A DNA stretch of 64,000 nucleotides from an uncultured Actinomycetota bacterium (GCA_963791215.1 CAWBRR010000014.1:502-64501), one strand, 5' to 3'. Numbered from the stretch's first letter, positions 1-9,876 are shown. Made by a program: numbers and translations. Notes: generated from the sequence alone by a model not told the origin.

Positions 1-654
1 TGCCGCGAAGTCCTGGTGGGCCCCCAGAGTGTCTGAGGAGACGCGGAATTTTTGTGTGGCCCAGGCGAATGCGAGGGCGGCTCCGTTCAGCTGTGCCTCC
101 GTGACTTGTTCTTGGTCGAAGTCTCCTTCGCAGAGGACGAGGAAATGCCCGACCGGGTCGTAGTTCGTTGCGGTGTCGCCTGCGAGGTCGGTCGTCCGGA
201 GCTCGTAGATGTTTCCGTTGCGGTCGACGCTGACGTGATAAGCAATGTCGATCCACCCGTTCTCGTCTTGATGAAGACGTTGGTGCTGGCGCAGGCGGCT
301 TGGTGCCTTGCGGTTGTCGCCGAGAACCGCACCGGTGTGGTGGAGCGTCATGCGCGTAATGGTGTGCGGCCTGCCGCCGGGCTTGGGAGGACGGGCACCC
401 CAGGCATCGCGGCACAGCAGATCAGCAACTGCTCCGCTGGGTGGAGGTGCTGGCGGGATTACGGACGTGGGGGACGGAGTTGCTTGTGGGCCGCTGGCGG
501 CCTCGGATGTAGTTGACGGGCTCGTCGCGGGAGGACGATTCGAGCAGGCGATGCCAGTTGCCGCCAGGCCGACGATGCTCGCCAGCCCGAGAATTTGGCG
601 GCGGTTGAACCGCTCCTGAAGACCGTCCGGCGATGCGGTCGGAGGTGCAATCAC
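1..654 (-). CDS. N-acetylmuramoyl-L-alanine amidase (Amidase_2/PGRP-like) lipoprotein, 3' end runs off window
   Basis: Minus-strand frame open to the window edge (absent from ORF track): FNRRQILGLASIVGLAATGIAC (Tat/lipoprotein-like signal), Pro/Thr linker, LLCRDAWGARPP, MTLHHTG, HQDENGWIDIAYHVSVDRNGNIYELR. Start GTG at 654 is approximate. Confidence 0.8.
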   Translation of the reverse strand, partial: MIAPPTASPDGLQERFNRRQILGLASIVGLAATGIACSNRPPATSPSTTSEAASGPQATPSPTSVIPPAPPPSGAVADLLCRDAWGARPPKPGGRPHTITRMTLHHTGAVLGDNRKAPSRLRQHQRLHQDENGWIDIAYHVSVDRNGNIYELRTTDLAGDTATNYDPVGHFLVLCEGDFDQEQVTEAQLNGAALAFAWATQKFRVSSDTLGAHQDFAA

Positions 655-848
655 AAAGGCCACGATACGGAAGCTCTGCGCCACGTCAGGGGCTTTCGCG
701 GACGGGGCTTGGCGGCGAACAGCCCCTTCACGAGTAGGCGCGATCCGGCAGGGGGCGTTTGAAGCCGTCGACCGAGCGATCATGCCGTTCGTTTCCTGCA
801 CACCAGAGTTGTGCCGTTTCGTCGTGCAGTGCTCTGTAGGATTCGCGC

Positions 849-2371
849 ATGCCCATTGCTGATGGTGCGGTGTTTGCTGGATATGCCATCGTGGGCGCTT
901 ACTCGGTACCGGGGGAATGGGCGAGGTGTACCTCGTGCAACATCCGCGATTGCCCCGTCGAGAGGCGTTGAAGATCCTGCCAGCGAGCGCGAGCGCCGAT
1001 TCGGAGTACCGCCAACGGTTCGGGCGCGAAGCCGACATGGCCGCGTCCCTGTGGCACCCTCACGTCGTCGCCGTTCACGACCGCGGGGAAGACGACGGTC
1101 AGCTATGGATCACGATGGATTACGTCGAGGGAACCGATGCGGCCCAACTCATGCGGGACCGTTACCCGCACGGAATGCCGCGCAAGGACGTGCTCGAGAT
1201 CGTGTCGGCCATCGCCGACGCCCTCGATTACGCCCATGAGCGCTACCTGCTTCATCGTGATGTGAAACCGGCGAACATACTGCTTACCGATCCACGGCTG
1301 GGGGACCGGCGGATCCTGCTAGCCGACTTCGGTATCGCGCGTGCCGCCGACGAGACCAGCGGACTGACGGCGACCAACGTCACTGTCGGATCAGTCGCGT
1401 ACGCAGCGCCAGAACAACTGATGGGCAAGCTGCTCGACGGTCGAGCAGATCAATACGCTCTGGCCTGCACGGCATTTCACCTCCTGACGGGCGGCCCACC
1501 GTTCTCGAATACGAATCCGGCCGTGGTGATCGGCAACCATCTGTCGTCGCCTCCGCCGCGGCCGGGAGACCTGCGTGCCGACCTGTTGCCATTCGACCAC
1601 GCGTTGACCAGGGCAATGGCCAAGGAGCCGTTCCAACGCTTCGACACTTGCCGCGAATTCGCAACAGCCCTCGCTCACAGTGGTGGCAGTTCGGCCAGCC
1701 CAAACGACGTCACACAACTCGCAACGCACATCCCTACTTACGCGGTCGTTACGAACCCCGAGCAGACGATACGTAGTGAACCGCAGTCCGTCTCGCCGTC
1801 TCGTCGGACGGCACTCATCGCGGGCGGCATCGTTGCGGCGGTAGTCGCGGTCGGCGCGGTGGCATTCGTCGGTGCCCGGCTGGGACAGCCGCAGTCCCCG
1901 CCACCGGCCGCATCATCGCAACCGAGTTCCACATTGCAGCCAGCGACGACATTGGAACCACCGCGGACGGTCACTCAAACGGCGCCGCCGGTCACTGTGA
2001 CTCCGTCTTCCTCGCCTCGTGTCGCCACACCGCCAACCGGGGGTGATCTGGGTTTGTCGACGCCGATGAGCTACCCGACCTGCAACGGACAAGGGATCGT
2101 GATCTTGGGGTCCGTTACGACGCCTGGGCTGTATGCCGCTGGCGTGCAACGTCTCCTGGATGCCCACCCCGGGGCGTTCTACCTGCGGACAGATCAGACG
2201 TGTCCGTCGCTGCGCCCGGCGACCGAGGAGGGCAATCCGATCTACGCCGTATTCGAACTCGGCGGAGCCACTCGCAGTGAGTTATGTGCGGCGGTCCGTG
2301 CTGCGGGTAGCAATGCCTACGGAAAGTTGCTGGACACAACGACCGATCCTGGCTACATCATTCCCTGCTGA
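849..2371 (+). CDS. Transmembrane Hanks-type Ser/Thr protein kinase with C-terminal Cys-containing extracellular domain; apparent frameshift near 893
   Basis: ATG at 849 gives [15 protein letters not shown], joining [12 protein letters not shown] in the 917 frame. [14 protein letters not shown] and APE motifs, TM helix [21 protein letters not shown], Pro/Thr linker, four Cys in the C-domain. Confidence 0.92.
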
Positions 2372-2668
2372 GACGCTCGGAGGATGACGTGGTGGCGAGG
2401 TCGTGGTCGGCGACTTGGGCCGTCGCCACAGCGACTTTGTGGTCCCGCTGGTTGACCTCAGTTTTGACGACAACGCTGACGACAGTTGCGCACCCAACTA
2501 CGCCTACGACACGGCGTTCCGCCTGCTAAACAGCCTGTCCAGCGACCCCGCCCGCTCCTGGCAGTGTGGGGGTCACGGGTTCGATGCCCCTTCGCTCCAC
2601 CCTGCATAGGGTGCCTGGCGGTGGTGACCCGTTCGCCTAGGCCAGTTGAGCTATCGGCGTTTAAGCGG

Positions 2669-3679
2669 CTAGGGGACGTCTGCGGAAGCACTGCGGGGGC
2701 TGTAATCCACTAGGACCGCGCCGCCGCATTGGTCACCGAGTGTCTGAAGCGCAATGTCCGCGCCTTCGCAGGTGAGGCGCACGATCTGTGCCAATTGGCC
2801 GGGGGCGTCAGATTGCAGGTAGTGATCGGCGCTCGGGACGATCCAGTAGCGGTTTGTGCCGGGTTTGTCCTTGAGGAAGGCCTGCCACACGTAATTCGCG
2901 ACCCGCACCGGCGAGATGTTGTCGTGCAGACCCCACACCAGCGTTGTGTTGATATCGCTGGTCGAAAGTGCGGTGAGCCAACTAGTTTCATCGGCGGCGC
3001 GCTCGTGCAGGTATTGAATCGTATCGGGCAGTACGCGGATGCCGTCGTGGTGGGCAAAGCATTTCGCCAGGGCGGCGATCTCGGGGTCGGCCGGGGTGCG
3101 CCGCGGCATGAAGGTGCTCGCTCCCAGCCCTGCTGCCAACATTTCCGGAGTGGTCGCTGCCGCGGTCGCACGCCCGGTGGCGTGGTCGAGCAGCGCGGTT
3201 TGGAAGGCGGTGAGGTTGCCCAGCGGCAGGTAGATGTTGGCATTGGTGACGATGACCTCCGTCGGTACCGCCTGGGGATGCTCGGCGGCCAGCATGCTCA
3301 GGGCGATCATCCCGACACTGCTACCGCGGTCGTGGGTGATCATCGCGTAGTCGGTGAGCTTCCATATCTGGGTGATGGCGTGGACAAGCAGGCGTGCGTC
3401 GTCATACAGCGAGTAGACATAGGGTGCCGGTGGCTTGTCGGAGCATCCGAAGCCCGGGAAGTCCAGCAGGAAGATGTCGAAGTCGGCGCCGAGTTCACCT
3501 ACTAGGGCGAAATAGTCGATGCTCGAGGTCGGGAAGCCGTGAACACATACCAGGGCAGGTGCCCCCGGCATGCCGGCGCGGCGGGTGAACACGGTGACTT
3601 CCCGTCCACCATTAGCCGGGGTTGACGATCGCCAGCCAAATGTCGTTGCGTCGCTGGACCACTGCGCGAAGATATCCAT
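2669..3679 (-). CDS. Alpha/beta fold hydrolase (epoxide hydrolase/MEST-like)
   Basis: HGFPTSS oxyanion motif, DFPGFGCSDKP, THDRG Asp-nucleophile elbow, WGLHD, catalytic His in ADHYLQ. Confidence 0.85.
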   Translation of the reverse strand: MDIFAQWSSDATTFGWRSSTPANGGREVTVFTRRAGMPGAPALVCVHGFPTSSIDYFALVGELGADFDIFLLDFPGFGCSDKPPAPYVYSLYDDARLLVHAITQIWKLTDYAMITHDRGSSVGMIALSMLAAEHPQAVPTEVIVTNANIYLPLGNLTAFQTALLDHATGRATAAATTPEMLAAGLGASTFMPRRTPADPEIAALAKCFAHHDGIRVLPDTIQYLHERAADETSWLTALSTSDINTTLVWGLHDNISPVRVANYVWQAFLKDKPGTNRYWIVPSADHYLQSDAPGQLAQIVRLTCEGADIALQTLGDQCGGAVLVDYSPRSASADVP

Positions 3680-4035
3680 GAGTGCGCGCCCTTTCCGACC
3701 GCTTTCGATCCTGACCGTAGTTCCGGCTCCCGCAGGCTACGGCCGCACCGCCTCGATGTCGGATCGTCGGGACGACAAGTCGGATCCATCCACGCACCTT
3801 GACCGCACCCCTACGTGTTCTACCGCAGCGAGTGCTGGCTAGGGCGATCGCAGGATGACGATCGCGTTGGCGGGCCCGCATGGCCGGTCGCGATTCCAAA
3901 CTGACAGGTCTGGCGTAGCTGTTGCGTCGTAAGTTCCCGGCCACAGCTTCCACATCCCGTCCGGGCGACAACTGCGTCCGCGCGACGAACTCGCGATTGT
4001 CACCGGGTTGTCACAACGCATGCGCAACGCGCAGG

Positions 4036-4245
4036 TACGCAGTGCTACGCACTGAAAACATCGTCCCAGTTCAGGGGCTTGCAGGGGCTATCCAGGCACT
4101 GTGGGGCGGGGTGTCTCACGGACTGTAAATCCGTCGGCTTACGCCTACGCAGGTTCGAATCCTGCACCTGCCACCCTGGTCAGAGGGTATTTTGGCCACT
4201 GTGGACCGGCCTGGGAACAGGTCCGGTCCGCAGTGGGTCCGCAGT
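4036..4245. mobile_element. Attachment-site-like region (tRNA-Tyr core with paired direct repeats on both sides)
   Basis: TACGCAGT/TACGCACT at 4036 and 4046 on the left and GGTCCGCAGT at 4225 and 4236 on the right flank a tRNA 3' fragment. The layout resembles tyrosine-integrase arm-type sites. Confidence 0.5.
4118..4175 (+). pseudogene. 3' fragment of tRNA-Tyr(GTA)
   Basis: Anticodon arm ACGGA-CTGTAAA-TCCGT, long variable arm GGC-TTAC-GCC, T arm GCAGG-TTCGAAT-CCTGC, 3' acceptor ACCTGCC-A-CC. The complementary 5' GGCAGGT and a D arm are absent upstream. Confidence 0.85.
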
Positions 4246-4292
4246 AGCGTCAGCGGCGGCGTCGAAAGCGGTCGCCACGGCGTTCAGGTCGA
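4180..4292 (-). pseudogene. Probable extreme C-terminal remnant of a tyrosine integrase
   Basis: DLNAVATAFDAAADATADPLRTG resembles the tail following the catalytic Tyr of mycobacterial tRNA-targeting integrases and reads toward the tRNA fragment. No catalytic residues remain. Confidence 0.4.
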
Positions 4293-4416
4293 AGACATCA
4301 GATGGTCGAACTGCCGGATCCGAGGTGCATGTCGCCAGAGCCGTCATGATCGATGCGGCACACAGCACCTTGATCGGGGGCAGCCACATGCTCATGGACA
4401 GTAGTGGTTGCAGGTC

Positions 4417-5046
4417 TCAGGACTCTTTCACCTGCGAGTACCAGATCCGGTCTGCGACAGCGACGATGTCGTCGGAGATCGCCGAGATCCGCCGGTAGAA
4501 CTCGCGTCGGGCGGTGACGACCCTGATATCGGTGACTTCGAGCAGGTCACCGGCGGCCTGGCGATAGATTCGCTCCAGATTGCGCTGCGACTTGACCGCG
4601 GCGTCGGCGGCCTCAGTCGCGGGCGGGGCGAGCTTGCTGCGCCGCTCGTCCAGGGACGTGAATGCGGTCTGGAGGTGCTGGGCGCCCTCGGCGAGCAGGA
4701 CGGCCATGTCAGCGGTGGCCTGATCGGGCGGGAAGACCATGGCTTCGGATTCGCGCACGGTGTTCTTGGCGCCGTTGATCACTTTGTCGAGATCGCGCGA
4801 CAACTGGAACAGGTCCTCGGGCTGCAGCGGCGTGGTGAAGGCCTCGCTGACGGCGTCGACGAGTTTGCGCCGCACTTCGTCGCAGTCGTGCTCGGCGGCG
4901 CGGACGTCGTCGGCGCGGGCGGAGTCCCCGCCTGCCCACGCGGTGAAGGCCTCCATTCCGTTCACCGTGATCGCTGCCTGCTCCTGCAGCATTCCGATGA
5001 CATCGGGGGTTTCGGGGAGAAACCAGCGACTGCCTTTGCGGCTCAT
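4417..5046 (-). CDS. DUF47 family PhoU-like phosphate transport regulator (Pit accessory protein)
   Basis: MSRKGSRWFLP...AEHDCDEVRR...FTTPLQPEDLFQLSRDLD. Overlaps the stop of the upstream pit by 4 nt. Confidence 0.88.
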   Translation of the reverse strand: MSRKGSRWFLPETPDVIGMLQEQAAITVNGMEAFTAWAGGDSARADDVRAAEHDCDEVRRKLVDAVSEAFTTPLQPEDLFQLSRDLDKVINGAKNTVRESEAMVFPPDQATADMAVLLAEGAQHLQTAFTSLDERRSKLAPPATEAADAAVKSQRNLERIYRQAAGDLLEVTDIRVVTARREFYRRISAISDDIVAVADRIWYSQVKES

Positions 5047-6068
5047 AACGCTCTCCAAACGAGTAGTACAGCGACCGCCATCAGCGCGGCCGCCGGAATC
5101 GTGGTCAGCCACGCGATGCCCATCTCGCGCACGATCTGCCAGCTCACGTGCTTCCACCGCCGCCGCCCGCCGCCGACACCGACGACCGAGGAGGCCACCA
5201 CGTGGGTGGTGCTCACCGGAGCTCCGATGAGGGAGGCGCCGAGGATGACTGCCGTGGACGAGGCCTGACTGGCGATGGAGTCGATGGGTGTCAGGCTGAA
5301 GATGCGTTGGCCGATCGTCTTGACGATGCGCCATCCGCCCAACGCTGTGCCCGCGGTCAGGGCCACGCCCGTAACGACTTTCGCCCACAGCGGCACCGAC
5401 ATCGTGGTGGTCTGCCCGGAGGCCAGCAGCAGGACCGCGATGACGCCCATCGACTTCTGGGCGTCGTTGCCGCCGTGGCTGAACGAAAGTCCCGCTGCCG
5501 CAACCCATCCGCTGCCGCGGACCGGACCGATCCACCGCGTCGTCCAGCGCCGCGACATCAGGCGCAGTAGGCGCAGGAGCAGGAACGCGACGGCGAAGCC
5601 GAGGGGCGGGGAGATCAGCAGGGCGACCAGAACACCGATGACGCCGGTGGGGTGCCAGCCGTCGAAGCCGCCCCACTGGACGGAGCCGAGTCCGCCGGAG
5701 CCCGAGAGAATGCCGTCGGCGACGGCCGCGCCGACCAGACCCCCGACCAGAGCGTGCCCCGACGACGACGGCAGGCCCCGCCACCAGGTGATGGTGTTCC
5801 AGGCTGTCGCGCCAGCCAGGCCCGCCCCGACTACGGGAATCATCTGGGCCTGCGCCACGGTGACGATCTTGCCGATGGTGTCGGCCACGGCCGTGCCGAG
5901 CAGGACCGCACCGCCCATGTTGAACACCGCAGAGAGGGCGACGGCCTGGCCCGGGGTCGCTGCCCGCGTCGCCACCAGGGTGGCGATGGCGTTGGAGGCA
6001 TCGTGGAAGCCGTTGGTCAGGGCGAAGGCCACCGCGAAGCCGATGGCGATGACCAGCCCGACGTGCAA
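5043..6068 (-). CDS. pit: Inorganic phosphate transporter, PiT family
   Basis: NGFHDASNAIAT, GLPSSSGHAL, SHGGNDAQKSMG, GGWRIVKTIG, APVSTTH. GGAG RBS before TTG at 6068. Confidence 0.95.
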   Translation of the reverse strand: MHVGLVIAIGFAVAFALTNGFHDASNAIATLVATRAATPGQAVALSAVFNMGGAVLLGTAVADTIGKIVTVAQAQMIPVVGAGLAGATAWNTITWWRGLPSSSGHALVGGLVGAAVADGILSGSGGLGSVQWGGFDGWHPTGVIGVLVALLISPPLGFAVAFLLLRLLRLMSRRWTTRWIGPVRGSGWVAAAGLSFSHGGNDAQKSMGVIAVLLLASGQTTTMSVPLWAKVVTGVALTAGTALGGWRIVKTIGQRIFSLTPIDSIASQASSTAVILGASLIGAPVSTTHVVASSVVGVGGGRRRWKHVSWQIVREMGIAWLTTIPAAALMAVAVLLVWRAL

Positions 6069-6079
6069 GTGACTTCTCC

Positions 6080-6146
6080 GTGAACGCCGACCGCGCGGTG
6101 AATCGGCCGTGTATGCCCGGTGAACATAGCAAAACTGTGGGTGAAC
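6080..6146 (-). promoter_or_regulatory. PHO-box-like GTTCAC repeat array upstream of pit-DUF47
   Basis: Plus-strand GTGAAC 6080, GTGAAT 6098, GTGTAT 6109, GTGAAC 6120, GTGAAC 6141. Sites 6098/6109/6120 are in exact 11-bp phase. Confidence 0.65.
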
Positions 6147-6275
6147 GGCGCGGCCCAATCACCCGATCGATGGCGCAGTGACCGGTCTGCTGCGTGGTCC
6201 TCATGGGTACGACAGCGCACAGACCCAGGTACGCACCGGCGCAGCCAGCTACCTAAGTAATCGAGCTATCGCCTC

Positions 6276-6602
6276 TTAGTTAGTTGTGACAAGATCCCGC
6301 CCTCGGTGGGAAACGGGCACCCGGCAGAAGTGAACGATTCGTTGCCGCGGCAGCCGAAAATCGTTAGTGAGGTTCTGGCAGTCTTCCCCCCGTCCAGCTT
6401 CGCACACCTGGCAGCTGACCGCGAGCGCCGCTTTGACCGCGGCGCTGTCCCGGTTGCGCAGGTCGTCCCGCGGGTCATATTCCGACACCGACTCGATGCG
6501 CCGCGGCAGCAACGCAAGCACCGGCAGGTAGTCCGTCGGCGGAATCCCCTCCGGGTAGCCCTCACGCAGCCAGTTCAGGATCGCCGTAAGGAACCGAGTC
6601 AC
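6276..6602 (-). CDS. Chimeric ORF: DUF3349 N-terminus fused to a CxxC-C-H zinc-finger-like domain
   Basis: ILNWLREGYPEGIPPTDYLPVLALLPRR (Rv0543c/DUF3349-like), then VSEYDPRDD...SCQVCEAGRGEDCQN...IVHFCRV. Confidence 0.6.
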   Translation of the reverse strand: MTRFLTAILNWLREGYPEGIPPTDYLPVLALLPRRIESVSEYDPRDDLRNRDSAAVKAALAVSCQVCEAGRGEDCQNLTNDFRLPRQRIVHFCRVPVSHRGRDLVTTN

Positions 6603-6719
6603 AGGCCATCAACTTCCATACCGTGATGCCCCCACCACATCAAGATCATGTCCCGCCGAAGCGTACGTACACCTGGCACGGGAACCAATTTTACCTGTGC
6701 TTCGCGCCGGGGGCGAATG

Positions 6720-7010
6720 TTACGCATGCTTGGCGCCGAGGATGTACCAGCCGGCGTGGTGACCGATGAAGTCGCGGGCGACGAACAGCACACCGACGGT
6801 CACCGCCACCAACACCATGGCGAAAATCAGCCAGCTGACCGCCAGAACCAGCCGGTTGCGCTGCGCGACCGCGTCACCGTGGCGTGCCACCCCGGCCCCT
6901 TCGGCGTTGATGCGCACACCCATCGCGAACAGCGCCGGCAGCCCGGCTCCGACCACCAGCCCGAAGACGAGGATCTTGATCGCCGCGGCGTAGTTGAACC
7001 AGGCACTCAC
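6720..7010 (-). CDS. Small two-TM membrane protein, Rv0544c-like
   Basis: VSAWFNYAAAIKILVFGLVVGAGLPALFAMGVR...ARDFIGHHAGWYILGAK. GTGA overlap with the pitA stop, same gene order as M. tuberculosis pitA-Rv0544c-Rv0543c. Confidence 0.85.
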   Translation of the reverse strand: MSAWFNYAAAIKILVFGLVVGAGLPALFAMGVRINAEGAGVARHGDAVAQRNRLVLAVSWLIFAMVLVAVTVGVLFVARDFIGHHAGWYILGAKHA

Positions 7011-8212
7011 GGGGTGACCTCCCGAACCGGCTCGGCGATCGGCTCGGCCGACGCGGAATGCTCTTGCTGAGGTTTTTCGATACCTGCGGTCAGGTTGCCT
7101 TGCCACTCGTCGGTGACGTTCTTGTGGGTGATCGGCGCCTGACGCGACTTCAGCCAGATCCCGGTCGCGACGGCGATCAGCAGCCCGAAGCCGATCGCCG
7201 CGCCGGCGTAGCCACCTATGCCGTGGACGAGGTAGTAGGTACTCGCGCCGACGATCCCGGCACAGGGCAGCGTGATCAGCCACGCGGTGACCATCCGGCC
7301 CGCGACAGCCCAGCGCACCTCAGCGCCGGGCTTGCCGATCCCGCTGCCCAGGATCGAGCCGGTCGCGACGTGGGTGGTGGACAGCGCGTAGCCGAAATGG
7401 CTGGACAGCAAGATGATCGTCGCCGACGACGTATCCGCCGCCATGCCCTGCGGTGACTCGATCTCGACCAGGCCCTTGCTCATCGTGCGGATCACTCGCC
7501 ACCCGCCGAAGTAGGTGCCCGCCGCGATCGCCACCGCGCACGACACGATCACCCACAGCGGCGGCATGGTGTCCTTGCTGCTGGCCGCGCCGTAGGAGAT
7601 CAGCGCCAAGAAGATGACGCCCATCGTCTTCTGCGCGTCGTTGGTGCCGTGCGCCAGCGAGATCAGCGACGCCGAGCCGATCTGACCGTAGCGGAAGCTC
7701 TGCAGCTTGCGCTTTTCGGGCACGCGGCGGGTGACGCGGTAGACCAGCCAGGCGCCCAATGTGGCGACTATCAGGGCGATCGTCGGCGCCAGCAACGCCG
7801 GCAGGATGACCTTGGACACCAGTCCGTGCCAGATCACCCCGTGCCCGCCGACCGCGGCGATCATCGCGCCGACGATGCCGCCGATCAGCGCGTGCGACGA
7901 GCTGGACGGGATACCGAGCAGCCAGGTCAGCAGATTCCAGACGATGCCGCCGACGAGGCCGGCGAACACCAGCTCCAGCGTCACCAGGTGGGCGTCGACC
8001 AGACCCTTGGCGATGGTGGCGGCGACCGCGATGGACAGGAACGCCCCCACCAGGTTCAGCGACGCCGACAGCGCCACCGCGGCCTTCGGCTTGAGCGCGC
8101 CGGTGGCGATAGAGCTGGCCATCGCGTTGCCGGTGTCGTGGAAACCGTTGGTGAAATCGAAGGCAAGCGCGGTGATCACCACGATCAACAACAAAAACAG
8201 TTCAAGCGTCAC
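7007..8212 (-). CDS. pitA: Low-affinity inorganic phosphate transporter PitA
   Basis: FDFTNGFHDTGNAMA, GIPSSSSHAL, AHGTNDAQKTMG, GYALSTTHV. Confidence 0.95.
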   Translation of the reverse strand: MTLELFLLLIVVITALAFDFTNGFHDTGNAMASSIATGALKPKAAVALSASLNLVGAFLSIAVAATIAKGLVDAHLVTLELVFAGLVGGIVWNLLTWLLGIPSSSSHALIGGIVGAMIAAVGGHGVIWHGLVSKVILPALLAPTIALIVATLGAWLVYRVTRRVPEKRKLQSFRYGQIGSASLISLAHGTNDAQKTMGVIFLALISYGAASSKDTMPPLWVIVSCAVAIAAGTYFGGWRVIRTMSKGLVEIESPQGMAADTSSATIILLSSHFGYALSTTHVATGSILGSGIGKPGAEVRWAVAGRMVTAWLITLPCAGIVGASTYYLVHGIGGYAGAAIGFGLLIAVATGIWLKSRQAPITHKNVTDEWQGNLTAGIEKPQQEHSASAEPIAEPVREVTP

Positions 8213-8299
8213 GGGTTTGATTCTCGCTATCCGTTTGCTTGCATGTACCACGATTCAGAAACAAATTCGGTGGTTCGACCGTCCCGTTGTGGACGGGGT

Positions 8300-8420
8300 T
8301 GGCGTAAGTCGATCGACCAGTCGGCGTAGCTCTGTCCAGTGAACTCAGAACCGAGTAACTGCATGCGATCGCGTCAAATTCCTGCTTAGACATCTTGACG
8401 TTGCCAACCAACGTCATCAC
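8300..8420 (-). pseudogene. Decayed small mycobacterial hypothetical ORF
   Basis: MSKQEFDAIA then, after a frameshift, LGSEFTGQSYADWSID. Recalls a small mycobacterial family with a W-x-FLxSEF...YAxWxID motif; breaks off afterwards. Confidence 0.3.
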
Positions 8421-8451
8421 CGCATCCCCTTTTTTCACCGCATCCCTTTTT
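8417..8451. repeat. Tandem 17-18 bp duplication
   Basis: TCACCGCATCCCCTTTTT followed by TCACCGCATCCCTTTTT. Confidence 0.8.
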
Positions 8452-8651
8452 GTTGTGTGCAACGCCTTTCATGGTTTGCCCATCCGGGGGGTCGCAATAG
8501 GGACGAAGGTCATCAAAGCGACCAGGCAGTCGTCCTCAGCCCATCCGGTCCTTCGTAAGTCGCCGGTGTCGGCACCCGGGACCGGCTTTCGGTTACATGC
8601 TGGAAGGCGAGATGCGACTTGAAGTGGAGGGTCGGCACGCGTCGACGCCTG

Positions 8652-9644
8652 TCATCGGACCGGGTCGACGTGGCTCCGCACGGAACGGAGTTGAGCCGAA
8701 GTCCCGAGGACGATCAGGACCGCGTCGGGATCCAGGCGCGTGTCCGGAGCGGGGTTCGCGATGAACTGGCCACTCGCGGTCCTTATGGCCAGCACCAGCG
8801 CCCCGGTCGTCGACCCAAGCGCCGTATCGGCCAAGCACCGACCGACCAGAGACGAGGCGGGAGTGATCTTCACTTCCTCGATTCGGTAATCGAGAGTCTC
8901 GTCGTGCATGACGACGTCAAGGAACTCGGCTACGTGAGGCTGCAACGCAAACGCCGCCATCCGCCGCCCACCGATCAGTTGCGGATTGACGGCCCGGTTG
9001 GCGCCGGCCCGCAACAATTTGGCCTTCGACTCCTCCGTGCGGGCACGGGCGATGATGACGAGATCGGGTCGCAATGCTCGACTGGACAAGGTCACGTAAA
9101 CGTTGTCCGCATCGGTGTTCAGCGCTGCGATCAGCGCATGGGCACGCCCGATGCCGGCGGCATCCAGGGTGCTGTCGTCGGTGACATCGCCCAGCAGCGT
9201 TGGATAGTCGACACCCTGCAGGCGGGCGGGGTCTCGGTCGACCACGACGACCTGCTTCCCGAGCGCGTCGAGATACAGCGCGCTGGCCCGACCAACGCGG
9301 CCCCATCCGCAGATGATGAAATGACCAGTCATCTGGCCTATCTTCCGGTCCATCCGCCACCTCTCCAGCTGCTGGCGTAGATGCCCCTCGATGAGCCCTT
9401 CGAGGAGTACCCCGAACGTGTACAGCGCGGTTCCCACACCCACGAGAATCAGCGCGATCGTGAAGTACAGGCCCGCCGTGGACAGCGGGTGAACCTCGCG
9501 GAAACCTACCGTCGTGATCGTCGTGATCGTCTGGTACAAGGCGTCGACAAATCCGAACCCGAGGATCACGTAGCCCGCAGTCCCGGCAACGATCACCAAA
9601 CAAAACGCTAACAGCGCTCGGCCAAGCCGCCGCAGAGAACTCAC
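8652..9644 (-). CDS. Two-TM potassium channel with RCK (TrkA-N/TrkA-C) domains
   Basis: Pore TITTVGFREV between two TM helices, ICGWGRVG Rossmann motif, GDVTDD, C-terminal TrkA-C. Confidence 0.92.
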   Translation of the reverse strand: MSSLRRLGRALLAFCLVIVAGTAGYVILGFGFVDALYQTITTITTVGFREVHPLSTAGLYFTIALILVGVGTALYTFGVLLEGLIEGHLRQQLERWRMDRKIGQMTGHFIICGWGRVGRASALYLDALGKQVVVVDRDPARLQGVDYPTLLGDVTDDSTLDAAGIGRAHALIAALNTDADNVYVTLSSRALRPDLVIIARARTEESKAKLLRAGANRAVNPQLIGGRRMAAFALQPHVAEFLDVVMHDETLDYRIEEVKITPASSLVGRCLADTALGSTTGALVLAIRTASGQFIANPAPDTRLDPDAVLIVLGTSAQLRSVRSHVDPVR

Positions 9645-9694
9645 TTCGTAGATTGTGCACCCACCAGTCGACAACAGAGGCAGGCGGAGGAGTC

Positions 9695-9876
9695 ATGGCC
9701 GAAACCGAGAAGACCGCCGCGATGCTGCTCGATGACCTGGCCGCCTGGATCTGCCGCAGCGGCGCGAGGTGGCCAAGGAGCTGCGCATGGTGGCCGAGAA
9801 TTTCGCAGGCGTGCCCGACGGTCGAAACACCGCCCACACGCTGCGACTGCTGGCCCACATACTCGATCCGTGTTGA
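9695..9876 (+). CDS. Small helical hypothetical protein (about 60 aa), apparent frameshift near 9745
   Basis: GGAGGA RBS, MAETEKTAAMLLDDLA continuing as LDLPQRREVAKELRMVAENFAGVPDGRNTAHTLRLLAHILDPC* in the adjacent frame. Confidence 0.45.

Noticed and set aside
4090..4175. Intact tRNA-Tyr gene
   Set aside because: The 5' acceptor strand and D arm are missing; only the anticodon-to-3' part is present.
4417..6204. 595-aa ORF and other long overlapping ORFs (e.g. 31274-33274, 34454-36445, 53103-55271, 5' part of 19797-21647)
   Set aside because: Arg/Pro-rich shadow frames of high-GC genes; only the motif-bearing portions were kept.
8339..8344. GTGAAC as a PHO box for pitA
   Set aside because: Single hexamer without an 11-bp partner, lying inside an apparent coding remnant.
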